Origin: Epiperipatus broadwayi
Taxonomy: Eukaryota; Animalia; Onychophora
Direction: 5' to 3'
DNA: 64,000 bases
NCBI GenBank assembly: GCA_028023455.1
Contig: JAQFVV010000005.1
Span: 6,572,001-6,636,000, forward strand
Shown here: positions 1 through 13,660 of the stretch, piece by piece
Layout of the letters: each line of letters begins with the position of its first letter
How positions within the stretch are numbered: position 1 is the first letter of the stretch
Notes under the pieces: generated by a model
What the model saw: only the letters and a program-made list of their open reading frames with translations
Databases searched by the model: none
What the model was told of the DNA's origin: nothing
Made by a program: the position numbers and the translations under genes

Positions 1-850
1 TTTTTTGCAGTTTATAATCTCACAAGGTGTAGTGGAAGAGTTTGGCTCCTATATGGCAACTTTCATGGGTTTTTTAAACTACTTTTAAGAGAAGATTTAT
101 AATCACATAAGCTGCAATAAAATTCTTTTTTACATATATGAATTATTTCATGCACTTGTAAAGCAAATTGAAAAACTTGCATTGAAAAGGTTTTATATCC
201 AAATGAATTCTTTCATGTACTTTAAATCTACTTTTATTAATAGTCTTATAATCACAAATACTGCATTGGAATATTTTTTCATCTGAATACATTTTTACAT
301 GCATTTTTAAATTTCTTTTTATAAAAATAAATTATTCCATGGACTGGTGCAATTGTAGTTTAAGATCCTTGAATTGCATTCAGTTGATCCTTTCCAGCAC
401 TCAAACTTCTTATGAACTTCCAAGCATAAAGCCATTTGATATTTATTTTCTAGTAGTTATATTGCAATGGAAAATTTTTATTTTATAAAAATATTAATGA
501 ATTTTTAATTTTTCTGATAGCAGACTTATAATCACACACTTGTTCCACTGAAATATCTTTTCATTGTATCTTTTCATGCATTTTTAAATTACTTTTTGTA
601 GGAGTAAATCATATCATAGACTGGTGCATTAGTAAACTGAGGCCCTTAAATTGTACTTAGTTAACTTTTTCCAGCACTCAAACTTATGAAATTCTGAGCA
701 AGTAAAGCCAATTGATATTTATTTAATAGTAATTTTGTTGCAAATAAAAGTTTTTACCTATATAAAAGTATTAATGAATTTTTAACTTTTTCTGTTGCAA
801 GTGTGTAAGCATACTTACTGCATTGAAAATATACCTTTATTGTACATATC
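1..850 (-). pseudogene. Degenerate C2H2 zinc-finger array (paralogue of the 38-39 kb gene), running off the window edge
   Basis: Manual minus-strand translation gives KRNLKMHVKMYSDEKIFQCSICDYKTINKSRFKVHERIHLDIKPFQC (about 180-320) and HEIIHICKKEFYCSLCDYKSSLKSSLK (about 70-160). The reading is interrupted by frameshifts and stops. TGTGATTATAA (CDYK) recurs. Confidence 0.8.
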
Positions 851-3800
851 TTTTCCTGTATTATTATTATTTTTTTTGGTGTGGGGGGGGGATGACATGA
901 AGTCATAAAATCTGTAGCGGAAATAATTAAACCTTGGCATTTGCTTTATTTCAAAGATATTTTTATCTTTATATTATAATTATCATAACATGAAAATGCT
1001 CTTTTTTTCTGTAATAAATACAATTGTATTTAAATTGACCATTGATAATTTTAGTTAAACTTTCAAAAGTTTTTAGAAATAAAATTTTAGTAACTGAAAG
1101 TATTCAACATAATTAATTGAGATTTAAATCCACCTTGCATTAACATTATTGTAACTGCTTATTTTATAGATTTTAAATTCCAATTATAATATTCCAATAA
1201 TAAATCTTTCAAATATAATATGATTTATCATTTTCAATGATACTTTTTTCCTAGAAATTTAACTAGAGCAATAATTGAATGTTATCGCAATAAATTCTCT
1301 GCATTTCAATATTTTTTTCTCTTGAAATATAAGTCATCATGGGAAACCAATTTTTATTTTGTGATTATGATGGTTTTTTATGGATATTTTTTCCACATAC
1401 TGTAGACTACATAAGCTTATGGTCTATTGTACTTTCTGCAACAAATTGTAATAAATCAATAAACATAAATATATGTTATTTATAAGATGGATTTGTTGTC
1501 GTTCAGCTTAGCTCATAAAAATAATCACAGTGAACATATGTAATAGAAAGTTTTTTAGTGGGAAGTATTGTCAACCTAGATAAAAGAAAAAAAAAGTTAA
1601 TAAAAAAAGAGGCAATGCTAACATTTTGTAAATGACAGAGTATAATTGCTATTGTTTTTGTTTATTTTTAAAAAATGGTTTTAAAATCTAACAAAAAAAT
1701 GTTACATTGAACTCTTAAAAAATGGTTTACAATTTTTTAAAAAAAATGTCTATATTAATATCAAATTAAAAAAAAAAAAAATTAGCCAAATATATAATCT
1801 AGAATCAGAAAAGATCCAAAATAAAAACAAAAAATACTCTCATCTACACATTCAGTTATACATAAAGAGTAATAAAATTGGCAACAAAATACAATGACAC
1901 TTGTAAATTTTTGCTATGTCACAATTATATAATACGTTTTTTAAAAAAAATGAGAAAAGCAGAAAAAAGGGAGATGGATGGAGAAATCTGACTGTAAAGA
2001 ATGGTAAGTTTAATGTTTACAATAACTGATTTGTCTGTTAATATTCAGCTGCATATTAATAATTTTTAAATATTTATCTATTAACTATTCTTAATTGAGC
2101 AATATACTCAGTAGTTAAATAAACACACGAATTACAACAATAAATATTAACTTATTACTCCATAGTAAAATAGAAGTTTTCATCCTGCACTTCATTAAAA
2201 CATGAGAAGATAAAATATTAAAATTATTCTAAGTTATTATTTCTTAATTTACACAGTAAACATATAACAACGTGAAGTGAACAATAAATACATTTTCTAT
2301 TAAAAAAATAAACACATAGACAGCCCTATCAATGTTAAAATAACTCAACTGTAATTTCTAAAAACTTTCAAACATATTTAATAATTATTATTTTTAATAA
2401 AATGATACAGTAAATACTTAAAAATGTGAAAGAAAGCAAAAGGCATCCTATTACATATTAAAATACCACCACACCCATGAAAAAATATATTTCAGGCAGA
2501 TAAAATGAAAACTCATTTTTTTACTGACTGCATTAAAATATCAATAAAGTTCTTTCTGAAAATAAAAAGTGCAATAAAATTTCATTTATTTATAAATAAT
2601 TTATTGCAATTATTAAATAAATAATTTTAAAAAAAAAGGAATTCTAACTTTATTTTTGAAACATTGACAAATGTTTAAAAAAATGTACTCACATAAATAA
2701 ATGATTTTGTTTTCTTTTCTGTAAAGCATCCAATACATAATAATCATTTAATCTTATCACAAAATGCAGAAGCAAGATAATCATCCTTAATAAATATTAA
2801 GAGCTATCAAATAGATCTATACATATATTCATATTAAATCAAAACATTTAATTTTTTTCAATATTAATAAAGTTGATAGTAATATAAGTTATCACAGTTA
2901 TTATAACAGTGGATATTATTAGCTATTACAAGTATCTTTCATTAGCCTTATAATCTTAGAAATGTTTGCAAAAAATTTTGGATGTATTCACTTTTTGGAT
3001 TTTCAGAAAGATCCATTTGTGTTTTATGATCCTTCTTAGATGTCCTAATATTTCTGCAAAGCAGGTTATCAATCTAATTCTGTATATTGTTTGATTTCAG
3101 CTGGCATGTTCAATTTCCTTATTTAATTATTTATAGGCAAATCTTTTATTTCTGGTAGTCAGGTAGTTTTTAATAGAAGGTAATTGTAATTAAGAAAAAA
3201 AAAATCATAATTTCCAATCACTATCACTCACTACTAGATGACATGTTTGCTACACACACATTCTCTTTTCTCTTCAATCTTCAGGGAAGTGTGTTTTTTT
3301 CTTCCTAATTTTCCAATCTTTTTATATAAATTGTCCTTTTCCCCTCTCTTCATAAATACTTTTTAATAGAACTAATGAGTAACCAGATATTTATGTATCT
3401 TTTTTTTTTAAAGAAAAAGTATTTTATAATAACAATATTTCATGATTTTATGTTTTTGATTTTAAATATTGGGATATTTCAGACTTGCAATTCCTTTATT
3501 TTATAAATATGTTGACCACAAAATGGTCTCATTCAACTAGAATAAGTCCTGATGACTGATTCAAAATCTATCAATCTTGATAATGCTGACAACAACATAA
3601 CTGAAAATAGCATTAACAATACATTCTTCTATATCATCAGTAAAATAATAAACAAATAAAAATAAAATTTGATACATCAAATAAATGATCTACCTCAGTA
3701 AAAAAAAATGAGGCTGCTTTTTGGAGTAACATTTATTTTTAGACATTTTCAAAATATTATATCAAAAATAATTCTGGTCAATAAGAAAATGATAGTAAGT

Positions 3801-4329
3801 ACTAGGCAGATCTTAGTCATGAAATTTTATTTTTCTAATAATAAAGAATTCAACCAAAATGTTCATACAAATCCAAAGCTCTGCATGCTTTATTAAGTGA
3901 TAAAGCATTTGAGAGAATAATTTAACACTTTTTACATCCTGAATCAATTCTTAACTGGAATGAAAGATTCAATACAAGAGATTAGAGTTGACCTTTGTAA
4001 AACAGAAAGTAGATATATAACTCTAGAAGATGGGGGGGGGGGGAACAGTACACATTATCAACATAAAACAAACATTTGCCAAAAGAGCAGATTCTTTTTA
4101 ATATGGAAAGCCATGGCCTTGAAGTGATAGGGCAAAATAAACAATTTCACTTATAAAATATTATTCACAATGATGCCACCTCAAGAAGAATGAGAGCAAG
4201 ATTAGAAAGAATATGTATGGTAAAATCCACTGCAATGTTGATAAAAATAGCATTGTGGGTAAAGATGATCATTTCACTAACAGACAATCATGAAACAGCA
4301 AATATATTGTACCACATGATCTAAGGGCT

Positions 4330-5590
4330 TATGGGTCCATTTGGGCACCTAAATGTGCCAGATGGTCCAAGGGTTTAAGACTCCACTTGTGTAGCCAAAT
4401 ATACTAGAGGGACTGAGTCTTATTCCTGCCCTAGATGGGTATCCAAATATATTAGATGAGATTCAAGCTCTTGTAGGAACAATGCTTTATTCCAATTCCA
4501 AATACACTATCCAAATTTACTAATGGGATGCAAACCTTAGGCTTTAAACAGTCTCCACTTGGACAACTACGTGTAACTGATCACTTATATTTACCCCATA
4601 TATATATATTTGACAGACAGATTAATTAGATTTATCACCATAATTCTTCTGGTAGTTAGCTTAGGAATCATGTGATGACACACCAGTCATTTTAAACTTT
4701 ATGGCAATTTGATTATAATGTATTAAATTAACCTTAATTATAATTATTATTTTTTAGAGCTGGTATGCAGCTTTTCTATAATTATCTTTATTTAAATAAA
4801 TTTTATAAATCACACATACCCTACATTGGTCTCTCAGTTTATAAGATTTTATATCTATTTTTAAATGCTGCTAAAAATAATGAAGAAAGAAATTTTAATA
4901 AATCTAATGATTAATAAAAAAAATTACATTATAAATGCATATTAAAAGCTAAACTATCAACTGTTACTCACAAAATAAATAGGCATTTTCTTTTACAAAT
5001 ACAATAATAATAATTAAAACAAACTATGTACAATTAAATCAGACAAAACACTCCATACAGTAGTGCCACTCAGTGCCAACCAGAGTATTACTGTATGGAG
5101 AGTTTTGCCTGTTTTAATAACAGTAATGTGCTAGCATAAGGAATAGTGATCATGTGAGGTTTAGTGGCTTTACAATTAAATCCAAATAAATACAAAAAAA
5201 AAAATCACTCTCAAGCAAAAGTTATATTGATACTTATTACATTTGAGGAGAAAGGGAAAAAAATCTCATTTTTTTTATATTGAGTTCAATTACACAAAAT
5301 ATTTTAAAATGTATATATATATTATATCTCTATTTGCTCTGGATTTTATATCATGCATGCACATGTAATTCTTGCTCCCTTTTTTTTACTTTAACAAGTC
5401 ACAATACAATTTTCCATATGCTGTTTTGTACAGGGTTCACAAATTAGCTCTTGTTGTTTCCTAATTCAGGAAAATATTATAAAAGGGCTTTCCATTTCCT
5501 AGATTCTGATATTAGTTTATATCCTTCCAACTTTTGTACACATGCACAGTTAATAATGCATTTATCTAGATCTGATCATCTTTAAAAACA
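4330..5590 (+). repeat. Copy 1 of a ~1.1-1.25 kb direct duplication (copy 2 at ~8310-9390)
   Basis: Collinear shared blocks such as atttgggcacc, tccaaatatattaga, ccctacatt.gtctctcag, ttttatattgagttcaattac and tttccatttcctagattct. Identity is roughly 75% by eye. Confidence 0.85.
5041..5170 (+). mobile_element. 130-bp retro-insertion: 3' end of hammerhead repeat family A with an inverted 5' piece and a 12-bp TSD
   Basis: TSD tacaattaaatc at 5029-5040 and 5171-5182. Internal inverted repeat caaaacactccatacagtagt / attactgtatggagagttttg. Homologous to 31280-31370 and 43950-43990. Confidence 0.8.
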
Positions 5591-6026
5591 CTGACTTCGA
5601 GTTAAATGTTTCTAATGGTCAGTCTTCATTTTCTCTTCCTCTCTCATTTAGCAATTCTCTTTGAAGTAGACTCCCCATTTTTTGGCTATGGTCTGCAGAA
5701 ATTGATACTTAAAAGCTTGTTCAACTTGCTAATATTAAAAATTACTTTACCAAAGTTAAATTTTCATTTCTCTATTGGAAAATTAACTTCTCTTTCACTC
5801 ACGATTATTATTAGTTTTTAAAAGCAGCTTGCAGTAAGTAGCAAAGGATTTTATTATAGCTTAATACACAGTTTGGGTTCTCCACTCCAGGTCAGCAAGA
5901 AAGGGAATAAAATAAAGATAATAGCAAAATTGTACAATTTTTTGACTAGATTCAAATAGATAAAATAACTAAAAAAAAACTTTACACACTTTTTTTAACT
6001 CTTTCATTTTACTTAATATGATTTTT

Positions 6027-6127
6027 TTTATCATGTGTCAAAGCATCGGCCGGGAAATGAACCCGCAGACCCGGGACAACTGCTTGTAAGGCAGCTGTGC
6101 TGACCATTCAGCCACTAATGCTTAACT
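6027..6127 (-). mobile_element. tRNA-Gly(TCC)-derived short SINE or retroposed tRNA pseudogene with a 16-bp TSD
   Basis: Minus strand 6121-6043 reads GCATTAGTGGCTGAATGGTCAGCACAGCTGCCTTACAAGCAGTTGTCCCGGGT[CTGCGGGT]TCATTTCCCGGCCGATGC. This matches the tRNA-Gly(TCC) body, with the anticodon changed to TAC and an 8-nt T-arm insertion. A short A-tail follows. TSD acttaatatgattttt lies at 6011-6026 and 6128-6143. Confidence 0.85.
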
Positions 6128-6616
6128 ACTTAATATGATTTTTAACTAAAAAAAAACGGTATAAACAACTTAATCTTATCACAGATTAATAAAATCTGTT
6201 TATCTATTCCAATTAACAAAAAAGATTTAACACACAGTTTAAAATACAAAAAGAAATGAATTAAAAGTAGTGTAATATTTTTAACTTAAAAAAAAAAAAA
6301 GTTATTACTTTGTTCTCTTTTTTTTCTTTTGCAAGGTTTTTATAAAATAAATCTGCATAATCTATTTAATTTTCTTATAAAAATATATGGCCACACAGGA
6401 CTTTATATATTTTTTAATTTTACAATTTAAAGCTTTAAATATAATCTTTTTATTTAAATGAGATGGAATTTACAGGCTTCAAACTCATGTACTAGTTCAT
6501 ACTTCTCAAACAAAAATGAAATAAAAATGGTCATTGGGTCTAACCTACTCCAAATCCACACTAAACCCTTTACTTTATTGATATTATTTTCCACTCTTGA
6601 CCTATTTTATTGTTTA

Positions 6617-6791
6617 CCCTAATTGTATTCTTAAAATTAATTGCTCTTGGTGAATTGTAATGTTCCAAAAACTGATGTGTATTTCCTCTTCCAGATTCAC
6701 TATTAAATCTCATATCTGAAATGCTTCTACAGCAAGAGCCAAGTATGACAGAATAATCATGTACAAACATATGGAAACAGACCAGCGTCAT
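6617..6791 (-). CDS. Possible isolated coding exon of unknown product
   Basis: Pyrimidine-rich acceptor ttggtttttaattttag precedes an open frame (MTLVCFHMFVHDYSVILGSCC...NTIR) that ends at an AGG|GTAAAC donor-like site. No family was recognised. Confidence 0.3.
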
Positions 6792-8309
6792 CTAAAATTA
6801 AAAACCAAACAAAATAAGAATAACAAGTGAGGAATTCCTCTATTGACCATTTAAATATGCAGCTTTGCTTCATACAAAATGCTGCTTTACAACTCTTAAA
6901 ATATCTTCAAAACAAAATTTTATAAGATTATATGAACACAAAACTCTCACTATATAACATTCAGACTTCCCAATAGTACACATTATGATTCTGAACCCCA
7001 GTAGCTCTGAAATTATCAACCCACACTAACTCTCTTCACCTCCCCCAATTCATCATGCTTCTAAATTGAGCTTATAGATATTCAAATATGATGTATAAAT
7101 AAAAACATTTATGATGTTCTATTGCAATGTTGAATTTAGTCTGCAATATAATTTTCTCAACTGCATTATCAGCATAAATTGTCTACCTCTATCCATCTTT
7201 TGCATAAACTCTAACATGGTTTGTCATTGGGTATCCTTCAACTTTGTTTTATTTTCTACATTTTCTTCCAATAGCTTTATTACATCTACATTATCTTTCA
7301 CTAGTTGCTCTATGTTTTCCTGTCTTCCTTGTTTTCTATCACTTCTTCCAATTGTTTAGTTCAGCTTCTTTTTCTTGTTTTACTTGATCTTGTGTGTTTT
7401 TAATGATTTTCACAGTAACTGATAAGATTAGTTGATTTTTTTCTTAATTTACTTCATTTGAATACTCATTCAGGATAAATGCTTAACTATTTTATTTAAC
7501 ATTGTTTAAGACTTCTACATGTATGCTAAATTTTACCTCACTTTTATACCAAGTTTCTTGTAAATTATTTTATAATCCAATCACATCTTTTCTAACATTT
7601 TTTCAATTTCCAGCTATATTTCTTGCCATATCTTTTTATTTTTTTATTGTGATTTTTGGTTTTGTACTTATATCTCTTGTAACATTTTAAATAATATATC
7701 CAGTATAATTACTTTCTCTTCTGCAATTTTATTCACAGCCTCTACTGACAGTTCTTCCATTTGCTCCATATTTGCTTGTTCATTGAGGTGCTGATCCATT
7801 TTCATTGATCTTAACCAAGTGATCATATATTTTTTATTTCCACAGATGACAGTTAAAGAGAAAAAATAGTATATTTCATTTCTGTTAACACAATATTCCT
7901 TAATGCTTGATATAATTTCCAAATAAATACTAACTAAAATATTACCAACAAAATATACTTTCAAAATATCATCAAGAAATAAGTATCAATTACTCCAATC
8001 CACCAGAAGCAGCTCACCTAGCCACCTAAATGTCTCCTAACAACTTTCCTGCTTAATTTATAACTTTTCTAAACCTGCTTTATTTTATAAAATACATCAT
8101 TATTTATTCATGACCAGATATAACTTCTATTTATATAATATTAACCATTCTTTCATGCTTATTCCATGCAGCATATATCTGTGTGTATGTGATCTGATGT
8201 ATACTTTATTTATAAAACATTCTGACTCTTGTTTCAGGGTCTACAATGATTTTAAATATTATTTTAAAAAGTATTATAGAGTCATTATATAATTTTATTT
8301 CTGCATAAA

Positions 8310-9390
8310 TTGGCCTTATTTGGGCACCCAAATATAACAAATGGTCTAAGGGCTATATTAAACGAACTAAAAAAAATTCATGCCCTAGTTGCATGTCCAA
8401 ATATACCAGGCAGGCTAAAGGCTTTACTCCAACTCAAGATACATAGCCCCAGTTGAATGTCCAAATATATTAGACGGGATTCAAACCAAAAGCTTCAGAC
8501 AGATTCCACTTGGGCAACAACATGTAACTATATTTACCCATATATATATATTTTTTGACAGCTAGATTAACTAGATTTTTCATCATAATTCTTCTAGTGG
8601 TTAGCCTATGGGTCAAGTGATGATGAAAGATTTATATATTAATGAGCTCCAGCCATTTAAAACCTTATGGCATTTTCATCATAATATGGTAAATTAATTC
8701 TCATCATGCTCTTCTATAATTAATTTCCTTTATATAACTAATTTTATAAATCCACACACACCCTACATTTGTCTCTCAGATTATACAATTTTATATCGAT
8801 TTTGAAATACTGTGAAGAATAATGAAGAAAGACATTTTAATATAATGATTTAATAAAAAAAACATTCAATTACAAATCATTTTTAAATCTAAACTATATC
8901 CCAAAAATTAAATAGCAATTTTCTTTTACATATATAATAATAATAAGAAATAATAATAATAATAATTTTAAAAGAACTATACATACAATTAAATTCAAAT
9001 AAATACAAAAAAATCTCACTCTCAGGCAAAAATTATATTAACACATTACATCTGAAGAGAAAGAAGGAAAAAAAATCTCACCTATTTTTTATATTGAGTT
9101 CAATTACTCAAAATACTTTAAAATGTACGTATTTTTATATTTCTATTTACTTTGCCCTCCATGTTATGTGTCCACATGTAATTCTTGTCAATTTTTTTAC
9201 AGGTCATAATATAGTTTTCTATATTCTATCCTTGTACAGGAGTCACAAATCAGCTCTTATAGTTTCCTAATTTGGATATGTTATTATAAAAGGCTTTCCA
9301 TTTCCTAGATTCTCATATCCTTTTAACTTTTGTACACATACAAAGTTAATAATGCACTTATCTGTAGATCTGATCACCTTGAAAAACATT
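8310..9390 (+). repeat. Copy 2 of the ~1.1 kb direct duplication; carries the empty site for the 5041-5170 insertion
   Basis: Collinear with 4330-5590. It has a single tacaattaaat at ~8984 where copy 1 has two copies flanking an insert. Confidence 0.85.
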
Positions 9391-9557
9391 GAATATTATT
9401 TTGTTTTGTATATACGTTTTGTTGAATTTAATTTGAAAAAATCTATTTATTAATAGATGAACCATGATTGTGGAAGAATTTTAGTAAAATTTTATTTTTT
9501 TGCTAGTTTTGTAATGTTATATAAATTTCTATTTTATTCATAATTAGTAGTATATAG

Positions 9558-10035
9558 CAGGGGTGGCCAACAAGTCGATCGTGATCCACCGGTCGATCGT
9601 GATCCACCGGTCGATCGTGAGCCAATTTTGATCAATCATGAGGCCAATCTGGCAAGAGCCATTGGATTACGAGTGAAACAAATGTCAAGATTTTCAAGTT
9701 TTTTTGTTATTTTTTTGTTCTAAATTTTTTCCCAATTCTAGATAGGTGAAGTCTGCTAAGTCATATCATTGTTGAAAATAATATTTTTAATCTTGATTTA
9801 ATGTAGCTAATTTGAATTAATAAATATTGTTAATAATTACTCATGTTGCTTTAATTCCCCCGGACATGAGTTTTTTTGCCCATTAAATAATTATTTTTTA
9901 CATATGTAGATATATAAAAATAGTATGTATTTCACACCTCCCTCCACTTAGACTACACCTATGACAACAAATCGACCGCAACATATTTTTAAAATAAAAA
10001 GCAGATCATATGAACACAAAAGTTGGCCACTCCTG
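9558..10035. mobile_element. hAT-type MITE (478 bp)
   Basis: TIRs caggggtggccaac (9558-9571) and gttggccactcctg (10022-10035) match at 13/14. The 8-bp TSD is gtatatag / atatatag. Subterminal 18-bp tandem gtcgatcgtgatccaccg. Confidence 0.9.
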
Positions 10036-11579
10036 ATATATAGCATTAGGCAGAATTTAATTTTTATTATCAGTTTGTAATAAATATTGTTTTTTGTTTA
10101 AATAGTGTGCAGTTTTGAATTATTTATATAACTTTTTTTTGTCAATATTCATCGAAGTAATTCATGATCTATGTGATTTGGCTTGGTACTATACATAATT
10201 ACTAAGTATTGATCGCTTTCATTGTTACACATTAAAATATGTAAATAAGTTATATGCCTGAGCTATTTCCTGATGATATAGTCAAGTGGCACTTAAGTTA
10301 ATAAACTATAATAAGCTGACCATTACAATATATTACAAATAAATTTTAGCCATTGTACAGATAACTAATAAGTGTTTTTAAAAAATAAAAAAATGTTTTT
10401 TTGACTATTATAACATCAAAAAATTACACATTTGGAAGATCGATATAGTGGTATGTTAAAACATTACATTTAAAATTTTCGGAAACCATTTTATCTGGGG
10501 CAATTCTGTATTTTTTTAAAATAATTAATGAGAAATTTTTTTTTACTAAGTATGACTGCAGTGTTATAATTTATTAAAACAGAAATTATAGTCCTATGTT
10601 AAAAAATAAAACTTATTTGCTATTAATTTATTAAATTTTTAAAAATAGATGGCCTTTAATTTTTAGGCAAAAAAAAAAAACACATTTCTATTTATTCAAG
10701 AGATTGAAAGATTGTTCATCCTCACTGATCATCCTCTCTGAAGTTAAAAAATTGTAAGATTATTTTTTTTTTTTATTAATTTGTAATATCTTTTTATTGA
10801 AGTGTGTTTAAATAAGAAGTATTATTGACACTTCTTAATATTTATTTTCAGCAAATACAAATATATATTTTGCAATTAAATCCATGTAACACACTACTTC
10901 TTTATACAATAGTCTGTTCTGTAAACTACATATAATTATATATCTAAAATAATTATAAATATTAGGAAGCTTGGAAGTATGCAATGAGCATCTATTTGTG
11001 AAAAAAAATTTCTTGACACCATCACAAAATTTTATACAATTGCATACTATAATAGTGAATATAAATAGATAACAGTAGATGTATATTTTAAAATGTATAT
11101 AATAATTAAGTTATATATTTAAATTGTATATCAAAGTAATACATGACTTTTTTAACATACACTTAAATGGTGTTTAGCAACAGAAGTACATATAATTAAT
11201 TATATTTCAGAGTCATCTATTATCAAATATCTGAATAATGGTAAAAATTTTTGCTTAAGGGAAGATTATTTATCATCTGAATTCATTCATTTATCATGTG
11301 TGACTAGCATTTGCATTTTGTCAGTAATTTTTTTTCCATTTTACAGTTATCAATTCCTAGACTATTCCTTTTGTATAAGTACATATAATGACCATCAATT
11401 CTATAATTGAACCCTGTATATTTATATATCTGAAAGTTCAAAAATAATCATTATTAGTATTATTTTGTTTATTTTAAAAATAATCAGTGATTGTATAATT
11501 CTGCCAGAAGTAATATAAATATTCAAAATAAAAGTCATAGATCACATGACCCTATACTCTTAAGCTTGTAAGTTATAAA

Positions 11580-12025
11580 CAATGAGGATTGCCAATTCCT
11601 CAACAAGCTTTGTGATAAATGCTTAGCTAGAGAAAGCATTTAAAATATCTCCGTCAGGACCCCCCCCAAACCTCTGACCATGGTTTTGTGTCGCCTCCTC
11701 AGGGGTGTGGTGGTGCCGTCCCCACCAAAGACAAAAGGGCGGCCGCAATCTCAACAAGCTTTGTGATAAATGCTTAGCTAGAGAAAGCATTTAAAATATC
11801 TCCGTCAGGACCCCCCCCAAACCTCTGACCATAGTTTTGTGCTCTAGCACTCCTCAGAGAGGTAGGATAGGTTCAGACACTAGATCTAAAAACACCAACT
11901 CAAAGACAGCATTTAACTAAAAGTTATCTATTGAGTGGAAAATCTGAAATTTTCGGAGACGTACATGTCTTCAAACCCAACTATCCAACTCAAATAGCTA
12001 TATGGGGCCGAGAAATTTTCAGCCA
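11580..12025 (+). repeat. Dispersed repeat; a reverse-complement copy lies at 49270-49572. Contains an internal 92-bp duplication around a GC-rich 59-nt insert
   Basis: Shared in opposite orientation with the 49.3-49.6 kb copy: aatgaggattgccaatt, tgataaatgcttagc, aaacctctgaccatggttt, ggttcagacactagat, catgtcttcaaaccca, ccaactcaaatagctatatgggg. Confidence 0.85.
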
Positions 12026-12679
12026 TACCATATATTTGTAATATAAATATCTTTGATAGATAGGGAGAGGGAAAGCGGGTCAATTACAGTCCAAAATAAG
12101 TACTATTGAAAAATGATTATTTAAAAAAATTTTTTTTAAAAAGGTAATCCAAGAAATCATTATATGATTAGATTCATCACAAAATATTAATTCCCTAATT
12201 ACTACAATAAAATAATTCAGAAAACACTTAAATTCTTAAAACTGCAATTAAAAACAAGATAAAATAATAAATTTCATTTTATGCATTATGAGAATACATT
12301 CCCCTCCCCCCTCCCAAAAGTGAAATTAAGTTTAAATAATTTGTTCATTAAATAGTTAAACAATTTTGTTTTTTTAAATAATTTTATTTTTGAAACTACT
12401 GTAAGCTTAGCTTCTAGTAAAAACAATAGTTGTAGCACATACTTATTTGTACTGATTGAAAAAACATTTGAAATAGTTAAAGTTAGTAAATATATATGAA
12501 TGATTTTGAGCTATGAGTAAGCAGAAATTAATATTAAATCAAAGCAATATACACTATTAACAATTGTTTAATTTTGACACAGAATGTCAGAATCAAATTA
12601 GCTTTCAAAAATTATACATTTAACATTTTGGTAGAAGAGAGAATAAATGTTTTTTTTTTTTTTAAAAAAAAAAAAAGGC

Positions 12680-13660
12680 TCTTCCCTGAAAACATAGAGC
12701 TACCAAATACATTTTTATTTTTCTGCAATTTTATGTAAAATTTCTAATGAAATTCATGCAATCTTATTTTTTGCCAATGATTTCAAAACTAATTTGATAT
12801 CTTCCACAATATGAGTTCCTCTAGGTACTTCATCTGTTTGATCATTAATTTGTTATAATTAGTTGACTAGTGCTTTTTCAGATGACTTATGAAAAATGTT
12901 ATTTTGATATCATGAATCTTCTAAAGGATTGCAAAATTTTCAAACTTGTTTCATTTTTAGTCATTTCAAACACTGCTATATATTCGTATTTAACATATAG
13001 TGCAAGTGAGAAAGGATTATTACCTTCTAAATAGAATTATAATCTGACACTGCACTAGTAAAATTAATTGATCATTACATTTTATTTTTCCTAACTGCTT
13101 AACAGATAAATCTGATTTCTTTTCTTGTGATTGCTACTACATGTTCTATTATCATTTCTAAATGGATGACTTTTTCAACTTGTCATACTTTCCCTAGATT
13201 CATTTTCAATTATTTCCTTCACCATTATCCAGTTGTTGTTTTTTTTTTTTTTTGCGTTATCATCATTTTAAATCAATTTCTAACATTATTCCAATAAAAA
13301 TAATAACTTCGCTTAATAAATTTTTTCTTTAGTGGAAGTCTATTTATAATCCATAATCTATTATAAAATTTGCTGCTACTTTTACTATTAAGTATCTATT
13401 TCCCCTGTGTTTAAGTATATAATCTGATTCTTGAAAACTCAATTTCTGAATAGTATTTATAGGAATTAAAATAAATCAGTTGGTGATTTGATGTTTGAAA
13501 AGTGAGTTGGCAATAAAAAAGATTTTTGCCTTTGTAAACCTTGCTACCCAGTGACCTTCATTTCTGTTTTCATTTCTATATTGTACAATGATATTTTCTT
13601 TCTTTCAAATTACACCATTCTAAGTCTATAAGTAGAAGTATATCTTGGAAAATTTTATTT
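12680..13660 (-). mobile_element. Decayed RTE-clade LINE fragment (APE C-terminal half through start of RT)
   Basis: Translation gives RNENRNEGHWVARFTKAKIFFIANSLFKH...SDYILKHRGNR...DYG, equivalent to the RNxxG/NTxF/IDYIL/DCGSDH APE motifs. Downstream, EDIKLVLKSLAKNKIA*ISLEIL resembles the pre-RT KAPG region. Many stops. Confidence 0.6.

Noticed and set aside
7668-7964. 98-aa ORF (MDQHLNEQANMEQMEEL..KIAEEK) as an exon of the left ZnF gene
   Set aside because: The resemblance to the ZnF N-terminus (MDQ, AEEK) is only a few residues, the acceptor is poor, and it adjoins a decayed coiled-coil TE-like region.
9574-9625. CRISPR-like or iteron-like short direct repeats
   Set aside because: These are contiguous 18-bp tandem units with no spacers, inside a eukaryotic hAT MITE.
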